Origin: Clostridium thermobutyricum
GTDB lineage: Bacteria; Bacillota; Clostridia; Ch29
DNA: 64,000 bases
Direction of reading: 5' to 3'
NCBI GenBank assembly: GCA_016842005.1
Contig: JAENYD010000008.1
Coordinates: forward strand, 17,579-81,578
In this document: in pieces, positions 33,261 to 41,482 of the stretch
Layout: every line of letters starts with the position of its first letter
Numbering within the stretch: position 1 is the first letter of the stretch
Position numbers and translations under genes: made by a program
Notes under the pieces: model-generated
The model's input: the letters and a program-made list of their open reading frames with translations, nothing else
Databases searched by the model: none
Told to the model about the DNA's origin: nothing

Positions 33261-33767
33261 ATGTTTGTTAATAATATGGACGATTTGGAAGTAAACCTTA
33301 TTACCAAAGTGGACCTTGACCTGATAGATGAGATGACCACGCTGGAAGAAGAGGCCTTCGGCAAGGGAGGAATTCATAACGAATGGCTGATGACCCCCCT
33401 TATTCGCCATGGAAGGGTTTTTACACTGTCGGTGAATAAGCAACTGGCAGGGGTGGCAGAGTTCATCAGAGACTGGGAAGATCCGGAAACGGTTTATCTT
33501 ATCGGGGTTAATATAAGGAAGGACCTCAGGGGTAATGGCTACGGAACAAAGTTTTTGAGGAAAATACTCAATCGATTCTACAGGAAGGACGATATAGTCA
33601 AAGTTGAATTAACCGTAGACCCATCAAACAAGGCGGCCATTAGGGTATATTTCGACCATTTCGGGTTTGAAAAGGTTGACATGCGGAAGCATGAATATGG
33701 AGAAGGGGAGCACAGACTGGTAATGGAGCTGGATTTACAGGATATGCTGGAGGAAGAAAGCGCATGA
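33261..33767 (+). CDS. GNAT family N-acetyltransferase
   Basis: 168 aa with an acetyl-CoA-binding-like RGNGYGTKFL motif. The start codon is uncertain (ATG 33261 or 33276). Confidence 0.7.
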   Translation: MFVNNMDDLEVNLITKVDLDLIDEMTTLEEEAFGKGGIHNEWLMTPLIRHGRVFTLSVNKQLAGVAEFIRDWEDPETVYLIGVNIRKDLRGNGYGTKFLRKILNRFYRKDDIVKVELTVDPSNKAAIRVYFDHFGFEKVDMRKHEYGEGEHRLVMELDLQDMLEEESA

Positions 33768-34654
33768 GAGATGATTTCAGGTCGGGTTTTGTCACGGTTA
33801 TCGGCAGGCCCAATGTGGGAAAATCAACCTTGATCAATGCCATGGTTGGGCAAAAGGTTCTGATAATATCGGATAAGCCCCAGACTACCAGAAACCGCAT
33901 ACAGGCGGTATATACAACAGAGGAATACCAGATTGTCTTTCTGGATACCCCGGGTATACACAAGCCGAGGAATAAGCTGGGAGAGTACATGGTCAGGACC
34001 GCCCGGACCACTCTGAACGAGGTGGATGCGGTGGTTTATGTTGTAGAAGCGGATGGAGGTATGGGCAGAGGGGATTTATTCATACTGGATATGCTTCAAA
34101 AGGTAAAAACCCCTGTCATTCTGGCGGTGAACAAGATAGACAGGGTGAACAGCCAGCAGGTGGAGGAAGTAATGAACCTGTTCAGGAAGCAGATTGATTT
34201 TGCCGATATGATTCCTGTTTCCGCAGTAAGGGGAGATAATCTCAATATCATAAGAGGGGCTATTGTTGACAAGTTGGAAAAGGGTCCCCGATATTTCCCC
34301 GACGATATGATAACCGACCAGCCCGAAAGGTTTATTGTGTCAGAGATAATCAGGGAAAAGGCCCTGGAGCTTCTGGAACAGGAGGTTCCCCACGGTATTG
34401 CGGTGGATATAGAGGAAATGGAAAAGGGAAACGGACATATAGTACGCATTTACGCCAATATTTACTGTGAGAAGGCATCTCATAAAGGCATAATAATAGG
34501 CAAAAATGGCGCAATGCTTAAAGAGATAGGAAAGAGGGCAAGGCAGGACATGGAAAGACTTTTGGGATCAGGCGTGTATCTGGAATTATGGGTTAAAGTC
34601 AAAAAAGACTGGAGAAATGTTGAAGGCTCGATAAGAAATTTCGGTTTTCACTGA
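33764..34654 (+). CDS. era: GTPase Era
   Basis: GRPNVGKST and DTPG motifs plus a KH domain (IYCEKASHKGIIIGKNG). Confidence 0.95.
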   Translation: MRDDFRSGFVTVIGRPNVGKSTLINAMVGQKVLIISDKPQTTRNRIQAVYTTEEYQIVFLDTPGIHKPRNKLGEYMVRTARTTLNEVDAVVYVVEADGGMGRGDLFILDMLQKVKTPVILAVNKIDRVNSQQVEEVMNLFRKQIDFADMIPVSAVRGDNLNIIRGAIVDKLEKGPRYFPDDMITDQPERFIVSEIIREKALELLEQEVPHGIAVDIEEMEKGNGHIVRIYANIYCEKASHKGIIIGKNGAMLKEIGKRARQDMERLLGSGVYLELWVKVKKDWRNVEGSIRNFGFH

Positions 34655-34746
34655 AATCCATCCTTCCATTTATGGCATTTAATTACCCGTATACGGATTT
34701 TTCGTGCAGGAAAAAATATTATCAATGACAAAAATGGAGGGACGCA

Positions 34747-34890
34747 ATGGTGCTTATGGATTTAATCTGGGGGGCTTTTGAAAAAACCGGTGACGTGAGA
34801 TATTATCTTGAGTATAAAGATTATGAAGCAGTTGCTGGAGAGGTAAGGGAAGATGAAGCCGGGGGGAAAATGGATCGGACAGGATAAGAT
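34747..34890 (+). CDS. yqzL: YqzL-like small protein (47 aa), not in ORF track
   Basis: MVLMDLIWGAFEKTGDVRYYLEYKDYEAVAGEVREDEAGGKMDRTG with a GGAGGG RBS. Lies between era and recO exactly where B. subtilis encodes YqzL. Confidence 0.6.
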
Positions 34891-34908
34891 AAGAGGGAAG
34901 GAAATCAT

Positions 34909-35655
34909 ATGTTATTGAAAACCCGGGGAGTGGTAGTGAAAACGATAAACCTGGGAGAGGCCGACAAAATCATAACTCTCCTTTCGGAGAAATTCGGAAA
35001 AATTCAGGCTGTAGCAAAAGGGGCCCGCAGGACTCGCAGCAGGTTTATAGCGGGTACCCAGCTTTTTTGCTATGGTGATTTTTTGCTTTATAAAGGAAAA
35101 ACCTGGCATTATGTCAACCAGGCGGATATTATAAACAGCTTTTATAAAATCCGGAATGACCTGGAAGTCCTGTCCGGCAGTACGTATATTGTACAGCTTA
35201 TAGCCGAAGTGGCCCAGCCTGAGCAACCTTCGGAAGCCCTGTTCGACCTGGCGGTGGAGGCGCTGAGGACAATGTCTGAGGGAGAAGGCGATACCCAGCT
35301 GGTTATACGGGCAGTAGAGCTTAAAATCATGGATATAGCGGGATTCAGACCGGTGCTGAGCAGGTGCGTTAATTGCGGGAAGGCTCAGAGGCTCCACTGG
35401 TTCAGTCCATCTTCAGGGGGAGTTCTATGTAATGACTGCAGGAAAACAGATGTATGCTGCTATAATATTTCCCCTGCCACCCTGGAATTCATGAAAACTT
35501 TGATTAACTGGAACTTAACCCGGGTCAGGTGCATAAAAATAAATAATAAGATATTAAAGGAACTGGAGAGTATAATGAGGGCCTTTATTGGGATACATAT
35601 AGATAAATCTTTTTCTACAGTCAGGTTTATGGACAATATAAGAAAGCTGGAATGA
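34909..35655 (+). CDS. recO: DNA repair protein RecO
   Basis: 248 aa with an OB-fold N-terminus and a zinc-binding CxxC...CxxC motif (CVNCGK, CNDCRK). Confidence 0.9.
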   Translation: MLLKTRGVVVKTINLGEADKIITLLSEKFGKIQAVAKGARRTRSRFIAGTQLFCYGDFLLYKGKTWHYVNQADIINSFYKIRNDLEVLSGSTYIVQLIAEVAQPEQPSEALFDLAVEALRTMSEGEGDTQLVIRAVELKIMDIAGFRPVLSRCVNCGKAQRLHWFSPSSGGVLCNDCRKTDVCCYNISPATLEFMKTLINWNLTRVRCIKINNKILKELESIMRAFIGIHIDKSFSTVRFMDNIRKLE

Positions 35656-35670
35656 GGGAGGAATGTTGTT

Positions 35671-36201
35671 ATGACAATCACCATTGAAAAGATTGATGCC
35701 ATCAGGGAACGGACAGGAGTATCATACAAGGAAGCCAAGGAAGCCCTTGAAGCATGCAACGGAGAAGTGGTAGATGCCCTTATCTATCTGGAGGAAGGGC
35801 AAAAACAGGGGAAATGGACCGAGACAATCTCGGTGGCGGGCAGTGAAGCAGTGGATAAAGTAAAGGAATTGATAAAACAGGGGAATGTGACCAAGATAAG
35901 GGTAAAGAAGGACGAAAAGGTGATCCTTGATATCCCGGTAACTGCCGGAGCCATCGGTACCCTGATTGCTCCCCAGCTTGCCGCCATTGGTACTGTTGTG
36001 GCGCTTATTTCAAAATGTACACTGGAGATAGAGAGACCGAACAAGGGTACTGTCAATCTGAACAGGATTATGGGGGAACAGGCGGAAAAGGCCAGGGGAT
36101 TAGTCGAGGAACTGGCCGAAGATGCCAAAGGATTTGTGGAGGACCTGTCAAAGAGAGGTAAAAAGGATGGCAGCAGTGTTGACAAAGATGAGGAAATCTG
36201 A
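35671..36201 (+). CDS. DUF4342 domain protein (UBA-like N-terminus)
   Basis: 176 aa. N-terminal EF-Ts-like UBA helix (VSYKEAKEALEACNGEVVDALIYLEE) followed by a conserved hydrophobic beta core. Confidence 0.55.
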   Translation: MTITIEKIDAIRERTGVSYKEAKEALEACNGEVVDALIYLEEGQKQGKWTETISVAGSEAVDKVKELIKQGNVTKIRVKKDEKVILDIPVTAGAIGTLIAPQLAAIGTVVALISKCTLEIERPNKGTVNLNRIMGEQAEKARGLVEELAEDAKGFVEDLSKRGKKDGSSVDKDEEI

Positions 36202-36214
36202 TATTTTATAAAAA

Positions 36215-36431
36215 TAATCTTACATATACGCTGCGGAGAAGCAGAGGAGTAGCCGGTTGATTTGGCACAGTGAGACGGGGACGGTGGAAACCCGTTGCAA
36301 AGGGGCCGGTGAAGGGCGCTGCTGAGCGGCCTGGAATGAGGAGGGCGTCTAGAGACGTCAATTAGGGTGGAACCGCGAAAGAGAGCTCCTTTCGTCCCTA
36401 TGTTACGGGATGAAAAGGAGCCTTTTTATTT
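36215..36431 (+). promoter_or_regulatory. T-box riboswitch leader (glycine-specific) of glyQS with terminator/antiterminator
   Basis: Conserved T-box sequence AATTAGGGTGGAACCGCG at about 36360..36377. Terminator GCTCCTTTCGTCCC...GGGATGAAAAGGAGC plus TTTTTATTTT lies at 36384..36431. A candidate GGC specifier is in stem I (TTGGCA). Confidence 0.85.
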
Positions 36432-36465
36432 TACAAAATATTTATCCTTGTAAGGAGGAAGAGAC

Positions 36466-37863
36466 ATGGCAAAAGATAAAAGGGAAAATGTTATGGAGAA
36501 AATAGTATCCCTCAGCAAAAACAGGGGTATAATTTTCCCCGGATCCGAAATTTATGGAGGTCTTGCAAACACATGGGATTATGGCCCTGTAGGGGTAGAA
36601 CTCAAAAACAATGTCAAGAAGGCCTGGTGGAAAAAATTCATACAGGAAAATCCATATAATGTAGGCCTGGATGCCGCCATTCTGATGAATCCCCAGACCT
36701 GGGTAGCCTCAGGTCATGTGGGCAGCTTCAATGACCCGCTGATGGACTGCAGGGAATGCAAATCCAGGTTCAGGGCCGACAAACTTATAGAAGACTACCT
36801 CCTGGAAAAGGGCGAAGAGGCTGTTGTTGACGGCTGGGAAAATCAACGGATGGAAGAGTTCATTGAAGAGAAAGGGATTGAATGTCCGGAGTGCGGTGCC
36901 CATAATTTTACCGGCATAAGGCAGTTTAACCTCATGTTCAGGACTTATCAGGGTGTAACCGAGGATTCCAGATCTGAGATTTACCTGAGACCGGAAACAG
37001 CCCAGGGCATATTTGTGAACTTCAGAAATGTAATGAGAAGTTCCAGAAAGAAAATACCCTTTGGCATAGGCCAGATCGGAAAATCCTTCAGGAATGAGAT
37101 AACCCCAGGCAATTTTACATTCAGGACCAGAGAATTCGAACAGATGGAACTGGAGTTTTTCTGTGCCCCGGGGGATGACCTGAAGTGGTTCAGGTACTGG
37201 AAGGAATTCTGCCACAAATGGCTGCTGGACCTGAACATGAAAGAAGAGAATATCCGGTTAAGGGACCATAGTCCCGAAGAGCTGTCCCATTACAGCAATG
37301 CCACCACTGATATCGAATACAGATTTCCCTTCGGATGGGGGGAACTGTGGGGTATAGCCGACAGGACCGACTACGACCTGCGACAGCATATGGAGCATTC
37401 AGGGACCGATTTCACATATATGGACCCCTTTACCAATGAAAAGTATATACCATACTGCATAGAGCCGTCCCTGGGAGTTGACAGGGTAGCCCTGGCCTTC
37501 CTGGTGGATGCTTACGGGGAGGAAGAGCTTGAAGGGGGGGACAGCAGGACTGTGTTGAAATTTCACCCTGCCCTGGCGCCGTATAAGGCTGCCGTTTTCC
37601 CGCTTTCCAAGAAGCTGGGGGAAGAAGCCTTTGCCCTCTATACCAGGCTGCAGAAAAAATACTTCGTTGATTATGACGAGACTGGCAGTATAGGAAAGAG
37701 GTACAGGAGACATGACGAAATAGGCACTCCCTTCTGCATAACCTACGACTTTGATTCCCGGGAAGACAGCTCGGTAACCGTAAGGGACAGAGATACCATG
37801 GAACAGGTAAGGATCAGCATTGACAAGCTGGAAGAATACCTGGACGAGAGACTGGAGTACTAA
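36466..37863 (+). CDS. glyQS: glycine--tRNA ligase (class II, homodimeric GlyQS type)
   Basis: 465 aa GlyRS with class-II motifs and an anticodon-binding C-domain. Confidence 0.95.
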   Translation: MAKDKRENVMEKIVSLSKNRGIIFPGSEIYGGLANTWDYGPVGVELKNNVKKAWWKKFIQENPYNVGLDAAILMNPQTWVASGHVGSFNDPLMDCRECKSRFRADKLIEDYLLEKGEEAVVDGWENQRMEEFIEEKGIECPECGAHNFTGIRQFNLMFRTYQGVTEDSRSEIYLRPETAQGIFVNFRNVMRSSRKKIPFGIGQIGKSFRNEITPGNFTFRTREFEQMELEFFCAPGDDLKWFRYWKEFCHKWLLDLNMKEENIRLRDHSPEELSHYSNATTDIEYRFPFGWGELWGIADRTDYDLRQHMEHSGTDFTYMDPFTNEKYIPYCIEPSLGVDRVALAFLVDAYGEEELEGGDSRTVLKFHPALAPYKAAVFPLSKKLGEEAFALYTRLQKKYFVDYDETGSIGKRYRRHDEIGTPFCITYDFDSREDSSVTVRDRDTMEQVRISIDKLEEYLDERLEY

Positions 37864-37944
37864 ACTGATTGTAGCCGTAAGGGATTAAAAGCAAACAGAA
37901 GGGACCTTCCAGGGGGCATTCCTGTCCTCTGAGAAGTGGGAAGG

Positions 37945-37981
37945 GGGGTTGGATGCTGGAGCAATACTTAAATCCAACCCC
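37945..37981. repeat. perfect 10-bp stem hairpin (GGGGTTGGAT-N17-ATCCAACCCC) nested in a longer imperfect palindrome (37931..38004)
   Basis: Read directly from the sequence. No U-tract follows on either strand. Located between the convergent glyQS and Uma2 genes. Confidence 0.6.
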
Positions 37982-38046
37982 TCACCGCCGGCTTTCCACT
38001 TCTCATATGGTGTGCCCCCGTATGTCATGGCCTGCCCTCGTCCCGT

Positions 38047-38814
38047 TCATATCAATTCATGAAACAAACTCTCAACATCTGCCGACAAGCCGTTGAATAC
38101 AAGGGATTTGGCAATATCTCCTTTTTCAAAAGTCTTGTACTTATCAATTTCATAATCATCAAAACCATACACCATAATATTCTCCTGTCTCTGGTCAACA
38201 ATCCAGTATTCCTTCACTCCCGACAGTCTGTAGGTATTTAATTTGTCAATCATATCCTTGCTTCGTGTGCTGTCCGACAGTATTTCAATAACCAGAGTGG
38301 GGGTGCCCATATACTTGCCTTTTTCGTTAACATTATTGTCCAGATCACATGCTACCAACACATCCGGCTGCATAACATCCGGTTCTTTTATATCCTTCTT
38401 TTTAAAATGCACATCAAAGGGTGCCAGAAACACCCTGCATTTTTTATCTTTGAAATATTCGTTGAATATCAGATACAGTCTTCCAAGTATTTCCTGGTGC
38501 TCAATGGTCGGGGAAGACAACAGGTATATTTCTCCATTAATCAGTTCCATCCTCAGGGTACTTTTCTCGTAAATCTCCATAAACTCCTCATAGGAAACCT
38601 TTTTTCCGCCGTATTGATAGTCCAGGGCATTTTCTCTCACTGTAAAATACTGTTCGATATCTGTTACATAGGGAGTCAACCTGGCAATTTTGTTTCCGTT
38701 CTTTGTTATGACCACGTCATTTTGCTGCTCTACGTAATCCAGATATTTTCCTAAATTTTGTTTAAGTTCGGTTGCGGTTATTACAACCCCTTCCCTGTAA
38801 TTAATCGGTTTCAT
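38047..38814 (-). CDS. fusion protein: Phd/YefM antitoxin-like N-domain plus Uma2 (DUF820) PD-(D/E)xK endonuclease domain
   Basis: Residues ~10-55 (ITATELKQNLGKYLDYVEQQNDVVITKNGNKIARLTPY) match the Phd/YefM fold. Residues ~90-255 carry Uma2 hallmarks (ELINGEIYLLSSPTIEHQ, PDVLV, PTLVIEILSDST, KEYWIVD). On the minus strand a TTGTAT-17-TATAAT promoter and a GGAGGTG RBS precede the gene. The region is AT-rich. Confidence 0.7.
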   Translation of the reverse strand: MKPINYREGVVITATELKQNLGKYLDYVEQQNDVVITKNGNKIARLTPYVTDIEQYFTVRENALDYQYGGKKVSYEEFMEIYEKSTLRMELINGEIYLLSSPTIEHQEILGRLYLIFNEYFKDKKCRVFLAPFDVHFKKKDIKEPDVMQPDVLVACDLDNNVNEKGKYMGTPTLVIEILSDSTRSKDMIDKLNTYRLSGVKEYWIVDQRQENIMVYGFDDYEIDKYKTFEKGDIAKSLVFNGLSADVESLFHELI

Positions 38815-38862
38815 ACAATCACCTCCAGTGAGATTATACCACTGCAGACCATTTAATACAAT

Positions 38863-38900
38863 AATTTTGTGCGAATTATGCGGCTGTATCGCACAAAATT
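38863..38900. promoter_or_regulatory. perfect 12-bp inverted repeat AATTTTGTGCGA-N14-TCGCACAAAATT, 2 nt upstream of the -35 of the Uma2-fusion promoter (candidate operator, or minus-strand terminator)
   Basis: Read directly. Arms are exact reverse complements, and the position overlaps the promoter of the minus-strand gene. Confidence 0.55.
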
Positions 38901-38944
38901 ATATGGAATTCCGCACAGAACATCTGTTGTTTTATACTAATATC

Positions 38945-39183
38945 TTATCCCCTGCCCGTTCTTATCATTTCTGCAAACTCGACGGGCAAACCGCTGTCTA
39001 TTATTGCTCTGGCCGTTCTTTCATGGTCATAGGGTATTTCCACAATCTCTACTTTTATGCTGTCGGCATGGATATCCGCAGCAACATAGGTGGCTTTGGG
39101 ATTTAGATGTTTTGGTTTGCCTGCACTGCCGGCATTGATTATGTGTATGCCGTTAACCACTTTGTAGTAGGGGATAATAGAAA
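38945..39183 (-). pseudogene. truncated metallophosphoesterase (calcineurin-like, YfcE/MJ0936-type) gene remnant; only the C-terminal ~80 aa remain
   Basis: Translation ...VVNGIHIINAGSAGKPKHLNPKATYVAADIHADSIKVEIVEIPYDHERTARAII matches the C-terminus of small phosphoesterases. No N-terminal metal-binding motifs are present. The apparent Met of track ORF 38945..39202 lies inside a terminator hairpin. Confidence 0.55.
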
Positions 39184-39221
39184 AGCTTAAAGGCTTCCGC
39201 ATAAGCGGAAGCCTTTAAGCT
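39184..39221 (-). terminator. 17-bp perfect hairpin AGCTTAAAGGCTTCCGC-ATAA-GCGGAAGCCTTTAAGCT terminating the 134-aa minus-strand gene
   Basis: Perfect inverted repeat directly after the stop codon, followed on the minus strand by a T-rich TTTCTATT tract. Confidence 0.7.
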
Positions 39222-39624
39222 AATACCCGAAGAAGAATCTCCTGCGGCGTCTGCGTCTTCTGCGAAGGAGTGTACTGATAAGCAGTATCCCTATCAGGTC
39301 TCTGAAAAACCTTCCGTCATACTGGCGGGATTTTTGCCCGGGGTCTCCATCGAAGTAATCTTTACACTGTTCATACACTTCCTCAACCATTTCATCGTAA
39401 ACGTGCTGCGACGGGTAGGCATTGTCGGGCAGCTGCCCCATTCTCTCCCTTCGTGCAATTGCTTCTTCGGCATAGGGCATTATAACACGGCAGCTTTCCG
39501 GGTACATCCTGTACATATGCTCTTCGTCCCTATCATTTTGCATGGCATACATATACATAGGGTTGCTTCCATAATTGCAGCCGGGCATCTGATACAAGGT
39601 TTCACCCCCTTTATGCTTTTTCAC
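39220..39624 (-). CDS. hypothetical Met/Tyr/Pro-rich protein with C-terminal hydrophobic segment and R9 poly-arginine tail
   Basis: 134 aa with a normal GC content and good coding look. It ends ...LIGILLISTLLRRRRRRRRRFFFGY. No family is recognised with confidence; the composition is coat-protein-like. Confidence 0.45.
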   Translation of the reverse strand: MKKHKGGETLYQMPGCNYGSNPMYMYAMQNDRDEEHMYRMYPESCRVIMPYAEEAIARRERMGQLPDNAYPSQHVYDEMVEEVYEQCKDYFDGDPGQKSRQYDGRFFRDLIGILLISTLLRRRRRRRRRFFFGY

Positions 39625-39731
39625 TTCATTGTATTCTCCGGCAATAATAAAGTTAACGATGGTGTGTATTCAGTTCATTTATTCTGTTATAATCAAAAAA
39701 ACGACAGATGCAAGGGAAGAGGTGTATATCA

Positions 39732-40574
39732 ATGAAGAGAGAAACTGTTCTTGACTGCAGGGGCAGGAAGATAAAAGTGGGAGAAAGAACTTTTGTTATG
39801 GGTATACTCAATATTACTCCCGATTCTTTTTCGGACGGGGGCGAATATTTCAGTCCCGAGAAGGCCCTGGAAAGGGCCTTGAAGATGGTGGAGGAAGGGG
39901 CTGACATAATCGATGTGGGAGGAGAATCCACCCGCCCCGGTCACGTACCTGTAGATGCTGAAGAGGAGATTGGAAGGGTACTGCCGGTCATTGAACTCCT
40001 GTCCGGAAAAATAGAGGTGCCCATATCAATAGACACCTATAAGGCGGAAGTCGCCCGCAGGGCGGTGGAGGCAGGGGCTTCCATGATCAATGATATATGG
40101 GGTCTGCGGGGGGACCCGGAGATGGCTGCCACTGTGAGCGAACTGGGAGTTCCCTATATAATGATGCACAACCAGCATGGGACCGGATACTCGGACATAA
40201 TGGGGGATATGATTGATTTCTTCAGGGACGGTGTGGAGATTGCCTCTAATGCAGGCGTCAGGACAGAAAATATAATAATTGACCCGGGGATAGGTTTTGG
40301 CAAGACCTGGGAGCACAACCTGGAAGTAATAAGAAGGATGAAGGAGCTGGAAGTGCTGGGGTATCCCGTACTGCTGGGGCCTTCCAGAAAATCCTTTATA
40401 GGCAGGGTTCTGGACCTGCCTGTGGAGGAAAGGCTGGAAGGGACGCTGGCAGCTGCAGTCATAGGGATTTTTAACGGCGCGGATATAATAAGGGTTCACG
40501 ACGTAAAAGAAATGGTCAGGGCGGCAAGGATGGCTGACGCCATAAAGGATTCCGGAGCAAGGAGGAATAATTGA
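39732..40574 (+). CDS. folP: dihydropteroate synthase
   Basis: Pterin-binding domain (GILNITPDSFSDGG, IDVGGESTRPG). An extended -10 CTGTTATAAT promoter lies at about 39683..39691. ATG 39732. Confidence 0.9.
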   Translation: MKRETVLDCRGRKIKVGERTFVMGILNITPDSFSDGGEYFSPEKALERALKMVEEGADIIDVGGESTRPGHVPVDAEEEIGRVLPVIELLSGKIEVPISIDTYKAEVARRAVEAGASMINDIWGLRGDPEMAATVSELGVPYIMMHNQHGTGYSDIMGDMIDFFRDGVEIASNAGVRTENIIIDPGIGFGKTWEHNLEVIRRMKELEVLGYPVLLGPSRKSFIGRVLDLPVEERLEGTLAAAVIGIFNGADIIRVHDVKEMVRAARMADAIKDSGARRNN

Positions 40575-40945
40575 TGGCAGACAGCATATCAATTGTAGGA
40601 ATGGAGTTTTACGGTTATCACGGGGTATTCCCTGAAGAGAAAAGACTGGGGCAGAAGTTTATTGTAGACCTGGATATGGAACTGGACCTTAAGAAAGCCG
40701 GTGAAACTGACAGGCTGGAGAATTCCATAAACTATCCTGCGGTTATCGGCCTGGTGGAAGAGATTGTCTGCAGCAGGAAATACAATCTGCTGGAAGCGCT
40801 GGCGGAAAACATTGCCGGGGAAATACTCAGGGGGTTTGATATGGTGCGGAAGGTAAAGGTCAGGGTAAAGAAACCCCATGCTCCCATACCTGTGAAGTTC
40901 TCCTGGGTGGCTATGGAGGTAGAGAGGGAGAGAGATGGAGTATAG
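40571..40945 (+). CDS. folB: dihydroneopterin aldolase
   Basis: 124 aa FolB family (IVGMEFYGYHGVFPEE). Overlaps folP by 4 nt. Confidence 0.9.
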   Translation: MMADSISIVGMEFYGYHGVFPEEKRLGQKFIVDLDMELDLKKAGETDRLENSINYPAVIGLVEEIVCSRKYNLLEALAENIAGEILRGFDMVRKVKVRVKKPHAPIPVKFSWVAMEVERERDGV

Positions 40946-41423
40946 CTATATAGGCATAGGGTCCAACAAGGGAGACAGTATTAGACTGATAAGGAAGGCC
41001 CTTGATATGATGGACAACGGGCCGGGGGTAAAAGTGACCAGGGTTGCTCCCCTCTACAGAACCCAGCCTGTTGGTTATGTGGACCAACCCTGGTTTTATA
41101 ATACTGTGGCGGAGATGGAAGTGGAAATTACTCCTTTCCAGTTGCTGGACCTCCTGCAGAAAGTGGAGAAAAAGCTGGGCAGAGTGAGGAAGATACGATG
41201 GGGCCCCAGGACCATTGACCTGGATATCCTATTGTTCGGGGACAGGATTATAAGGCACCCGAAACTCACAGTACCTCATCCCCGTATGGGGGAAAGGGCT
41301 TTTGTGATGGTGCCTCTGTCCTATCTCATACCTGACAGGGATTTCGGCGGCCGGAGCGTCAGGGAAGCAGCCAGAGCCCTTATGGATGATCAGCAGGTGC
41401 AAATATGCAAACATGATATTTAG
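40935..41423 (+). CDS. folK: 2-amino-4-hydroxy-6-hydroxymethyldihydropteridine diphosphokinase (HPPK)
   Basis: 162 aa HPPK family (GSNKGD, RTIDLDIL). Confidence 0.9.
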   Translation: MEYSYIGIGSNKGDSIRLIRKALDMMDNGPGVKVTRVAPLYRTQPVGYVDQPWFYNTVAEMEVEITPFQLLDLLQKVEKKLGRVRKIRWGPRTIDLDILLFGDRIIRHPKLTVPHPRMGERAFVMVPLSYLIPDRDFGGRSVREAARALMDDQQVQICKHDI

Positions 41424-41482
41424 GGTAGCACATTTGACCGAAAAAAGATATACTATATAGGGGAGTTTTGGTTAAAGGGGTG

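Noticed and set aside
38828-39106. 92-aa plus-strand ORF in the AT-rich islet
   Set aside because: Antisense to the phosphoesterase remnant, no RBS, Phe/Tyr/Cys-rich composition typical of AT-rich noise.
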